From: an uncultured bacterium
GTDB lineage: Bacteria > Patescibacteriota > Patescibacteriia > Magasanikbacterales > UBA922
Direction of reading: 5' to 3'
Length of the DNA: 64,000 bases
Assembly: GCA_937861125.1 (NCBI GenBank)
Contig: CALMAY010000037.1
Location: forward strand, 132,941 to 196,940
Below are positions 35,181 to 43,421 of the stretch, one piece after another; the stretch's first letter is position 1, and every line of letters starts with the position of its first letter. The translations under genes and the position numbers were made by a program. The notes beneath the pieces were generated by a model, which searched no databases, was not told the DNA's origin, and saw only the letters and a program-made list of their open reading frames with translations.

Positions 35181-35638
35181 ATCTTTTTTTCGTACATATC
35201 AATTTTTTTCCTGCGTCGAGCATACTTCCCACCCATCGCCTCCGTAGTTTCGAGGTATTTTTTGACAATTGCCATGGCGTGCTCTTCTGTTAGCACGCGA
35301 GCGGCGAGGGCGAGACCATTAGCGTCGTTGTGTTTGACTGCGAGTTCGGCTGCTTCAATATTGTATCCGATTGTCATGCGCATGCCTGGCACCTTGTTCC
35401 CTGCAATAACCTCTCCAGCACCACTGCCACAGCAGGCGATGAGACGTCCTCCGTTTTTGACCGTTTTTTCAGCTGCTGGGATGACGAAGTCTGGAAAGTC
35501 ATCTTCTTTTGCATAGCTTTTTGGACCACAGTCAGTCGCTTTTATTTTGAGTTCATTTTTGAAAAAGCGAAGGAGTCGGCGTTTGAGCTGGTAGCCAGCG
35601 TGGTCGGAGCAGATGTAGAGGGGGCCTGAGTACAACAT
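35171..35638 (-). CDS. rpiB: ribose-5-phosphate isomerase B (RpiB/LacAB family)
   Basis: YICSDHAGYQLK and LIACCGSGAGEVIAGNKVPGMR. It overlaps rpe by 10 nt. Confidence 0.85.
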   Translation of the reverse strand: MLYSGPLYICSDHAGYQLKRRLLRFFKNELKIKATDCGPKSYAKEDDFPDFVIPAAEKTVKNGGRLIACCGSGAGEVIAGNKVPGMRMTIGYNIEAAELAVKHNDANGLALAARVLTEEHAMAIVKKYLETTEAMGGKYARRRKKIDMYEKKICK

Positions 35639-35722
35639 ATAAGATACATGGAACAAGTTACAAAATATAAAAGTAGTGTAGCATTGTCGTGTCTGTTCAT
35701 CAATATATGCTTTTTGTCTCTA

Positions 35723-35751
35723 TTGACAGCAAAAAAAAGTTGGAGTAGTAT
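35723..35751 (+). promoter_or_regulatory. sigma70-type promoter of the ileS leader
   Basis: TTGACA (35723-35728), 17-nt spacer, TAGTAT (35746-35751). Confidence 0.5.
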
Positions 35752-35770
35752 GAATTATAGAAGCATTTGA

Positions 35771-35964
35771 CTCGACGATCAATCGAGAACGTCCGCCCAA
35801 GGCGGACAAGCTAGAGGAAGAAAACAATGTTATTTGTGTAAAGTCGGGGATTCTTCGACTTCGCTCAGGATGACGTTGTCAGTAGAGCCTCTCGGGCAAG
35901 CCCGTCACAGCAGTAAGTAAGTAAAAGCGCAAGATGGTACCGTCTCCCGTAGTGGGGACTCTTG
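35771..35964 (+). promoter_or_regulatory. T-box-like riboswitch leader of ileS (Ile specifier)
   Basis: The hairpin CTCGA-CGAUCAA-TCGAG (35771-35787) presents AUC followed by A. The antiterminator-type element has helix CAAGA/TCTTG (35930-34 / 35960-64), a 7-nt bulge UGGUACC (35935-41) and inner helix GTCTCCC/GGGGAC. Confidence 0.65.
35846..35874. repeat. partial (one-arm) copy of the MITE-like element
   Basis: GGGGATTCTTCGACTTCGCTCAGGATGAC matches the right terminal repeat of the copies at 26894 and 52697. It lies inside the ileS leader. Confidence 0.6.
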
Positions 35965-35996
35965 GCACGTTAATAGCGTGTTTTTGTTTTTTCTAT

Positions 35997-38888
35997 ATGT
36001 ATAACTCCAATCAAAACGAACTCGATATACTCGAGTTTTGGGACAAGGATCAAACATTTCAAAAATCAATCGATCAGCGTCCGGATAATAAACCGTATGT
36101 GTTTTATGATGGCCCTCCGTTTGCAACTGGGTTGCCGCATTACGGACATATTGTGGCATCTACCATGAAAGATGTAATCCCTCGTTACAAAACGATGCAG
36201 GGATATCGTGTGAATCGTGTGTGGGGGTGGGACTGTCATGGATTACCAATTGAAAATATTGTGGAAAAAGAGTTGGGTACCAAGAGTAAAAAAGAGATCG
36301 AAGAGATGGGTGTGGCGAAGTTTAATGAATTGTGTGAGACCAAAGTGCTCGGGTATGTAGATGATTGGAAAAAGGTGATCCGACGTTTGGGTCGCTGGGT
36401 AGATATGGATCATGCGTACAAGACAATGGATCTGACATATATGGAGAGTGTCTGGTGGGTATTCAAACAGCTCTGGGACAAGGGATTGGTATATCAGGGG
36501 TATCGTGCGATGCATATCTGCCCTCGTTGTGAAACGACACTTTCTCAGCAGGAGGTGAGTGAGGGGTATAAGGATGTGAAAGATATATCAGTAATTGCCA
36601 AATTCAAAATTACAAATTCAAAAGAAATTTCTAATTCCAAATTTCTAATTTCTAATGACCTGCCAATATATGTTTTGGCTTGGACAACAACACCGTGGAC
36701 GTTGCCGGGAAATGTGTTACTTGCTGTTGGTGCTGATATTGAATATTCAGTCGTTGTATTTGAAGGTGCTCACTATATCGTGGCAAAAGAGCTTGTGTTA
36801 TCCGTATTTGCTGATAAAGAATTTCAAGTGGTGGATAGTTGTGTCGGTGCTGATTTAGTTGGACTCACATACGAACCACTTTTTCCATATTATGGACATG
36901 TGGAAGGAATTGAGAATGCGTATCGTGTGGTTACTGCTGATTTTGTCACGACCACTGATGGTACAGGTGTGGTACATATCGCTCCTGCGTTTGGAACTGA
37001 TGACTATGAAGTATTCAAAAAAGAAAAAGTACCATTTATCCAGCATGTGGGTATGGATGGTAGGTTTAAAAAAGAGGTGCTTGATTTTGCAGGAGTACAT
37101 GTCAAACCGATTGGTGATCATACTGCGACAGATGTGGAGATCATCAAATATCTTGCACACAACGGAAAATTGTTTAGCAAATTAAAATATGAACACAGTT
37201 ATCCACATTGCTGGAGATGCGACACACCGCTCCTCAATTACGCAACATCATCATGGTTTGTTTCTGTTGAAAAAGTAAAAGAACGTGCACTAGAATTGGC
37301 GAAAGATATCAACTGGTCACCAGAACATATCAAAGAAGGACGATTTGGTCAGTGGCTCGCGGGGGCAAGGGACTGGTCTATCTCACGTCAGCGTTTTTGG
37401 GCGACGACGATTCCTGTCTGGCAGAGTGAGGATGGTGATACAATTTGTTATGGATCAGTCGCTGAGCTTGAAGCGGATAGTGGGGTAACTGTGACTAATT
37501 TGCACAAGCATAAAGTGGATGAGATTGTAGTAGAAAAAAATGGTAAAACATACAAACGTGTGCCTGATGTACTCGATACATGGTTTGATTCAGGCTCAAT
37601 GCCATACGCGGAGCGTCATTATCCATTTGAAAAGAAGGGTGAATTTGAGGGAAGTTTTCCAGCAGAGTTTATCGCCGAAGGTCAGGACCAGACTCGTGCG
37701 TGGTTTTACTATCTGCATGTGCTTGCGACTGCCGTGATGGATAAACCAGCGTTCAAAAATGTAATTGTCAACGGAATTGTATTGGCAGAAGATGGAAAAA
37801 AGATGAGTAAAAAATTGCAGAACTATCCAGATCCAATGAAGCTCATTGAGAGTTATGGATCAGATGCACTGCGATACTATCTCATGACCTCACCAGTTGT
37901 TGCTGCAGAGAATCTCAACTTTGCCGAAGCAGGTGTGCGTGAGGTGTTTAGTAAGCTTGTGAATACATTGTGGAATGTGCTAGAGATGTATAAACAGGTG
38001 TCAGTTAGCCAGTCAGCCAGTTTTCAGTCCGAACACGTGCTTGATCGATGGATCGTGGCAAAATTGCATGTGTTGATTCGTGATGTGACAGATGGACTTG
38101 AGAAATACGAATTGCATACAGCATCTCGTCCTATTGCGGATTTTGTGCTTGGTGATTTGTCACAGTGGTATGTGCGTCGTTCTCGTGATCGATTTGAGAG
38201 TGGTGAGGGTGTGGAGACACTGCGTATGGTGCTTGAGACTGTGTCGAAGCTACTTGCTCCGTTTACGCCGTTTATTACTGAGACAGTATATCGAGAAACA
38301 GTGATTAGTAATCAGGACACAAAGCAGAGCGTACATCTGGAAATGTGGCCTGTGTGTGATGAATCTTTGATTGATGCTATGCTTCTCGAAGATATGGATC
38401 GTGCACGAAAAGTTGTAGAGATGGGATTGTCATTGCGTAAAGAAGCCGGTATAAAAGTTCGTCAACCACTGTCGTCTCTAGTTACCAGTTACCAGTTACC
38501 AATTACTCTACTGTCTGTCGTTGCTGATGAATTGAATATAAAACAAGTGGTAGTGGGAGCAGTTGAAGCAGAGAACGGTGTGGTAGTAAAGGAAGATGGA
38601 GATCTGAAAGTTGGTCTGTATATAGAAGTAACACCAGAGTTAAAACGTGAAGGTCTTGCTCGTGAAATCGTTCGTGCAATTAATAGTTTACGAAAAGAAA
38701 AAGGATTGCGTGCAAGTGACAAGATTACTATTACGTGGTCTACTCAGAGTGAGACATTGCGATCTGTGTTGGTGGAATTTGCATCAGGTATTGCATCTGA
38801 TACTGCAGCAACTGCTGTTAGTGAGGGTGCAGGAGAGACGTTAGTAGAAATTGAGGGCGAAGAAATATTGATTTCATTTAACAAGTAA
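35997..38888 (+). CDS. ileS: isoleucine--tRNA ligase
   Basis: FYDGPPFATGLPHYGHI (HIGH), WTTTPWTLP and KMSKKLQNYP (KMSKS). The ATG at 35934 in the ORF track lies inside the T-box bulge, so ATG 35997 (MYNSNQNELDILEFW) is preferred. Confidence 0.9.
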   Translation: MYNSNQNELDILEFWDKDQTFQKSIDQRPDNKPYVFYDGPPFATGLPHYGHIVASTMKDVIPRYKTMQGYRVNRVWGWDCHGLPIENIVEKELGTKSKKEIEEMGVAKFNELCETKVLGYVDDWKKVIRRLGRWVDMDHAYKTMDLTYMESVWWVFKQLWDKGLVYQGYRAMHICPRCETTLSQQEVSEGYKDVKDISVIAKFKITNSKEISNSKFLISNDLPIYVLAWTTTPWTLPGNVLLAVGADIEYSVVVFEGAHYIVAKELVLSVFADKEFQVVDSCVGADLVGLTYEPLFPYYGHVEGIENAYRVVTADFVTTTDGTGVVHIAPAFGTDDYEVFKKEKVPFIQHVGMDGRFKKEVLDFAGVHVKPIGDHTATDVEIIKYLAHNGKLFSKLKYEHSYPHCWRCDTPLLNYATSSWFVSVEKVKERALELAKDINWSPEHIKEGRFGQWLAGARDWSISRQRFWATTIPVWQSEDGDTICYGSVAELEADSGVTVTNLHKHKVDEIVVEKNGKTYKRVPDVLDTWFDSGSMPYAERHYPFEKKGEFEGSFPAEFIAEGQDQTRAWFYYLHVLATAVMDKPAFKNVIVNGIVLAEDGKKMSKKLQNYPDPMKLIESYGSDALRYYLMTSPVVAAENLNFAEAGVREVFSKLVNTLWNVLEMYKQVSVSQSASFQSEHVLDRWIVAKLHVLIRDVTDGLEKYELHTASRPIADFVLGDLSQWYVRRSRDRFESGEGVETLRMVLETVSKLLAPFTPFITETVYRETVISNQDTKQSVHLEMWPVCDESLIDAMLLEDMDRARKVVEMGLSLRKEAGIKVRQPLSSLVTSYQLPITLLSVVADELNIKQVVVGAVEAENGVVVKEDGDLKVGLYIEVTPELKREGLAREIVRAINSLRKEKGLRASDKITITWSTQSETLRSVLVEFASGIASDTAATAVSEGAGETLVEIEGEEILISFNK

Positions 38889-38892
38889 CTAT

Positions 38893-39744
38893 ATGGAAAA
38901 AATTATTCTTTATTATAAATTTGTCCCAGTGCCAGATCCTGAAACTGCAATGTGTTGGCAGCGAGATTTGTGTAAATCTCTTGGTCTCAAGGGGCGTATT
39001 ATTATCTCTAAGCATGGTATCAATGGAACGCTCGGTGGTGATATCAAGAATGTCAAAAGCTATGTAAAGGCGATGAATCAACATAGTTTTTTCAAAGACA
39101 TTGAGTATAAGTGGAGCGATGGTGGTGTTGATGATTTTCCACGTTTGAGTGTCAAAGTTCGTGATGAGCTCGTGACGCTTGCGCCAGGCGAAGAGTTTGA
39201 TGTGTTCAATAGTACCAAGGGGCTTCGTCCTAAGCAATGGCACGAATACCTTGAGGCACATCCAGATGTAATTGTGCTCGATGCGCGTAATGGTTATGAG
39301 TCAGATGTAGGTGTCTTTGATGTCAAAAATCTCGTAGCACCAAAAATCAATGCATTCAAAGAGATTAAAAAAGAATTGGAAAAATTACCAAAAGATAAAA
39401 CAATTTTGACCTACTGTACGGGAGATATTCGTTGTGAATACCTCAGTGCCTATATGCGTCACAAAGGATTTCAAGACGTCTACCATCTCGATGGTGGTAT
39501 CGTAAAATACGGTGAAGCATTCAAAGACGAAGGAAAGTGGAAAGGAAAATGTTTTGTCTTTGACAAACGTATGGGGCTTGCGTTTTCAGACAAGAGTGAG
39601 GACATTGGGCACTGTAGTCACTGTAACGCATTGACGAGTCGATTTGTGAATTGTGAGGAGATGTCGTGTCATGATTTGGTATTGGTGTGTGAAGCGTGTG
39701 CTGATAAAGTAAAAACGAGATGTAACGTACACGTACAAGTCTAG
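38893..39744 (+). CDS. trhO: rhodanese-domain tRNA uridine(34) hydroxylase TrhO/YceA family
   Basis: ILYYKFVPVPDPE...GLKGRIIISKHGINGTLGG and the rhodanese loop YCTGDIRCE, with a Cys-rich C-terminus. Confidence 0.8.
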   Translation: MEKIILYYKFVPVPDPETAMCWQRDLCKSLGLKGRIIISKHGINGTLGGDIKNVKSYVKAMNQHSFFKDIEYKWSDGGVDDFPRLSVKVRDELVTLAPGEEFDVFNSTKGLRPKQWHEYLEAHPDVIVLDARNGYESDVGVFDVKNLVAPKINAFKEIKKELEKLPKDKTILTYCTGDIRCEYLSAYMRHKGFQDVYHLDGGIVKYGEAFKDEGKWKGKCFVFDKRMGLAFSDKSEDIGHCSHCNALTSRFVNCEEMSCHDLVLVCEACADKVKTRCNVHVQV

Positions 39745-39753
39745 TACGCTCAT

Positions 39754-41583
39754 ATGTTGTGCGCTGTTGCTATAAAAAAAATTGGTACACACATTCGTCA
39801 ATCTATTGTTCGTAACGGATGTCCTCCTGTTCCTCAATGCATACCTTCCGTAGAGTATTTTTTTGATAGTGCCAAAACTGTAGCTGATAAGATTTGGAAG
39901 GATGTTGTAGCAGAAGAGGTTGCATTGTTGTTGAAGCAGTGGTCAAAAGAAGTCGAGTCATTAGGTTCTGGATATACCAACCATGATCAGATTCACTATC
40001 TCTTCTCTCATCCAAAAGAATTTGAAAAAAAGTTAGCCATACGTCAATTAAGTATTTTTGAATCGTTACGAATTGTGGCTCCAGATGTGTGGAGCTCTCT
40101 TTTATTGTTATCATCTAAACGCCAACAACACACCATGTCTTTGGTAAGACAGTGGGCAGAGCAGTTGAATGAAAAAAACAAGATTAAAGGAATAATATCA
40201 AAACAAGAGATTATCTTGTTGATTGACCTTGCTATGTTAGTGGGACCGTGGGTTGATGCTGCATATATACAGCAGGTGAAGTACACTACTTTGTTAGAGC
40301 AAGACAAAGCAAGATACGCATCAAAAAGAGATGTACATTCTCCATATATGTATCTTGTAGAGGAAAATACAAGAGAAACATTTGCTGATTTGTTTGGGGT
40401 AGAGATGAGACAGATTTCAAAAGGTCTAAAAAAATCGGTTTGCACTATTCGTATACTTATTTTGCAAGAGAAGTTACCAAACATATACAGCGAGTTTGCT
40501 ATGTATCTAGAAAAGATGGCAGAGCTGTTTGTAACCACTGCCGAAGATGTAAAAAAGAAGAATGTGAACGTGAACAAAGAATGGTCCGTATTGAGAAAAC
40601 AAATGGGCCAGCTTATTGTGAGCGGTTGTCCTATTGTAGTTGTCCCACAAGCATGCTCGTCCATTTCCAGTGTGAGTGATGTAGTGGATATTGAGTTACG
40701 GTTTGGTTTTCAGACAGATGAAACGAAACAGATGCAACAGGTTGCAGAAATTTTTAGAGAAAAAACACAACAAATTAATGATGCATATCAGTCCCGTTCA
40801 TCGAGTCAGATGAAACAAAAACAAGTTCCTTTTGTCGCTGCTGTGTACATGCCATTTTCTTTTGGACCGAATTTGTACTGGAATACGCGTGGCGAAGCAG
40901 GCGTCGACTCGATTATATTGCATCCAAATTCTATACGGACGAGCGCAAAAGATAAAGAGATTGTACTGTTAAAAAAAGCATTTGACTCGTCATATTTGGC
41001 GCAGTACGTAAATACGTGTAGACAGGCTGTTTTTTTGGACAGTACACTTCATGAACTGGGCCACGTGGTGTATAGCAAGGAAAACAAACGTGTACGCGCT
41101 ACGATAAAAACAGTCAATCAAATTTCCCAAGATATTCTTGAAGAGCTAAAAGCGGAGACATACGGAATGTATTTGTTATTGGAGTACTTGCATGATTTGA
41201 GGGTTGTGGATCACCAGATCAACATGGAGGAACAGCTGGTGTATAAGATTGGTACCAATCTTGATTACATCATGTATAAATCTCCGTATGGAAGTGGGGA
41301 GCGGTATTACAAGACAGGTTTGATTGTGCTGAAAACTCTTGTCGCCTGCGGCGGTATGGTGATAGACCATAACGGTGCTGCTCGTATAGCTGATGTATCT
41401 GCTGGTGCACGAGCCTTGGCACAGCTCCATCTGAACGTGGTTTCTTTTTATCAAACGGGTGATTCCAAAACGGTAGAGCACTATATCCATGCTGCTGAAT
41501 CTATTCATCAAGATGTCTGTAAAGGCGGTGCTGTACGAGGTGCTCATACAGATATAATTCGTATGCTTCGTCTGCTTGTTTAA
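39754..41583 (+). CDS. putative zinc metallopeptidase, M49 (DPP-III)-like motifs
   Basis: STLHELGHVVY followed ~35 aa later by EELKAETYGMYLL resembles the HExxGH / EExxAE pair of family M49. The remaining ~450 aa are unrecognised. Confidence 0.35.
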   Translation: MLCAVAIKKIGTHIRQSIVRNGCPPVPQCIPSVEYFFDSAKTVADKIWKDVVAEEVALLLKQWSKEVESLGSGYTNHDQIHYLFSHPKEFEKKLAIRQLSIFESLRIVAPDVWSSLLLLSSKRQQHTMSLVRQWAEQLNEKNKIKGIISKQEIILLIDLAMLVGPWVDAAYIQQVKYTTLLEQDKARYASKRDVHSPYMYLVEENTRETFADLFGVEMRQISKGLKKSVCTIRILILQEKLPNIYSEFAMYLEKMAELFVTTAEDVKKKNVNVNKEWSVLRKQMGQLIVSGCPIVVVPQACSSISSVSDVVDIELRFGFQTDETKQMQQVAEIFREKTQQINDAYQSRSSSQMKQKQVPFVAAVYMPFSFGPNLYWNTRGEAGVDSIILHPNSIRTSAKDKEIVLLKKAFDSSYLAQYVNTCRQAVFLDSTLHELGHVVYSKENKRVRATIKTVNQISQDILEELKAETYGMYLLLEYLHDLRVVDHQINMEEQLVYKIGTNLDYIMYKSPYGSGERYYKTGLIVLKTLVACGGMVIDHNGAARIADVSAGARALAQLHLNVVSFYQTGDSKTVEHYIHAAESIHQDVCKGGAVRGAHTDIIRMLRLLV

Positions 41584-41589
41584 GAAGGG

Positions 41590-42495
41590 CTATTCTGCAG
41601 ACACATTTGTATAGATGCGCTGGGGAATTTTTTGAAATCCCCAATTTTCTTTCCAACCACAATCGTTTGTGAGGGCATCATATTTTTTTGCCTTGTATTG
41701 TAAGGCTTCCTCTAATTTTGCTACTTTGGTATAGGTGTGGAAATCTTTTGGTGCACTTGCGGATATACCACCATTGATGGCGATATACGTTTCTTTGTAT
41801 GTGAGAGATAGAAACACAGCTGCCTTTTGACCATCGAGCTCTATGGTGAGGAGAGCTGGATGAAACATCTCTGCTTGAGTGAGATCTTTATAGATTGTTT
41901 CACGGTTTGGGTAATAGAAGGTTGATTTTTCTCCAAACTGCTCTTTATTTAACGAAAATAAAAGTTCTAAATCGTCCAGCTTGTTTGTATACACTACAAT
42001 CGAGTGTTCTGACAACATTTTTCTTGCTCGTCTTTGAATTTCTCTTCTCTTGTCGCTACTGACAAGTTTGTGGAGATACTCATCTGTAGTGGTAACGGTA
42101 TCAATTGGTGCAATGAAATGATAGTCTATAATGGGTAGTTGAGACGTAAAAGCATTCGTACCAGCTATGTATGAGAGCGTCGTTGGTACTGGTAATGATG
42201 AAAAAAATAACTCAGCTGAAGATTCATATCCAGGCAAGAGAAAGAGCGTGTTATCATCCATGAAGTTGCCTCCAAAAAATTCGAGTTGTTTTGTTTGCTC
42301 ATTGATTTGGAGTGGGAGAAGTCCGATGGGGGTGTCGCCGTCATATCCAGTGTAAAAAGCAATAGGTTGACGCGTGTATTTATAAAAAATGTATCGGAAT
42401 TCCCATGTGTCAAAAATTGATTCTTTAGGGCTTAATAGATCCCAAAGCCGTTGCGCCTCTGTGATATCCTCAATTTTTTTGATTGTGATTGTCAT
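41590..42495 (-). CDS. CelD/BioF2/FemAB-like acyltransferase-fold protein, paralog 1
   Basis: 301 aa, paralogous to the next gene (RLWDLLSPKESIFDTWEFRYIFYKY vs RIWDMLSPKETIYDVWEFRNCFYKY; GLLPLQ...LEFFG in both). The pattern is reminiscent of the GNAT-related CelD family. Confidence 0.45.
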   Translation of the reverse strand: MTITIKKIEDITEAQRLWDLLSPKESIFDTWEFRYIFYKYTRQPIAFYTGYDGDTPIGLLPLQINEQTKQLEFFGGNFMDDNTLFLLPGYESSAELFFSSLPVPTTLSYIAGTNAFTSQLPIIDYHFIAPIDTVTTTDEYLHKLVSSDKRREIQRRARKMLSEHSIVVYTNKLDDLELLFSLNKEQFGEKSTFYYPNRETIYKDLTQAEMFHPALLTIELDGQKAAVFLSLTYKETYIAINGGISASAPKDFHTYTKVAKLEEALQYKAKKYDALTNDCGWKENWGFQKIPQRIYTNVSAE

Positions 42496-42500
42496 ATTAG

Positions 42501-43421
42501 TTACAGTGTATATGTAAAGCTATGTTGCGGAATTTGATCAAAATGCCAACGTGCCTTACCTTGTTGGTTGCCACCTCGTGCGTCGTATTGTTTGGCTCCG
42601 CATGAGATAGCGTTCTGTATGTCGATAAGTAAAAGATAACTAAGAATGTCAGGAAGAATATTTGTGTCTACTCCCATGTTTATTCCAATATAGCTATCCC
42701 GGTATTGAAGTGAAAGACAAACACCAATAATTTTGTCTTGGTAGAGTAAGGTAGTTAGATTTGACTTACAGCAATGTAGTTGCAAAAAGTCTCGAAATAT
42801 CTCTTTTCTGTGTGGCCACACAAACGATGACTCATTTCCAAAATGCTGTATATTGAGTTCGAAAAGATGTTCTATGTCTGTAGATACATTGTAGCGCTTC
42901 TCTAGCTTAATGTCTTCGTATGTTTTAATAATATTTTTTATTTGTTTTTTTTTACTACCGTGTAATCTATCGTCTGTATACTCTGTGGTGGTGGAGTATG
43001 TACTGAGCGGGAGGAGATGTGTGTAGTCTGTAATTGGTAGTTGTTCGATAATCTTCTCATGTCCAGTAAGGCTGTCTAATTGTGCAGGCATCGTTATGTT
43101 TTGTAGTAGAAGTGCAACCAAAGCCTCCTTATTATCAGTAGTAGTAAAGATCTTATTTTGATCCATCCACCCCTTATGATCTCCAAAAAATTCCAGAAGA
43201 CCTGTCTCTGGATTGAGTTGTAGAGGTAAGAGACCGACGGGAACATTTTGTAGATATACAGTATAAAAAAATAGTCTATAATTAAGGTATTTGTAGAAAC
43301 AATTACGAAATTCCCAAACATCATAGATTGTCTCTTTTGGTGAGAGCATATCCCAAATTCGTCTGCATTCATTCAGATCAGAAATAATTCGTATGTCGTA
43401 TTGTTGGTGGTTTACATCCAT
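42501..43421 (-). CDS. CelD/BioF2/FemAB-like acyltransferase-fold protein, paralog 2
   Basis: 306 aa. See paralog 1. Its start overlaps the ATP-grasp gene stop by 10 nt. Confidence 0.45.
   Translation of the reverse strand: MDVNHQQYDIRIISDLNECRRIWDMLSPKETIYDVWEFRNCFYKYLNYRLFFYTVYLQNVPVGLLPLQLNPETGLLEFFGDHKGWMDQNKIFTTTDNKEALVALLLQNITMPAQLDSLTGHEKIIEQLPITDYTHLLPLSTYSTTTEYTDDRLHGSKKKQIKNIIKTYEDIKLEKRYNVSTDIEHLFELNIQHFGNESSFVWPHRKEIFRDFLQLHCCKSNLTTLLYQDKIIGVCLSLQYRDSYIGINMGVDTNILPDILSYLLLIDIQNAISCGAKQYDARGGNQQGKARWHFDQIPQHSFTYTL

Noticed and set aside
35934-35996. ORF-track start of ileS at ATG 35934 (extra 21 aa MVPSPVVGTLGTLIACFCFFY)
   Set aside because: That ATG is inside the UGGUACC bulge of the T-box-like element, and the extension is translated leader RNA. 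Conserved IleRS sequence begins right after ATG 35997.
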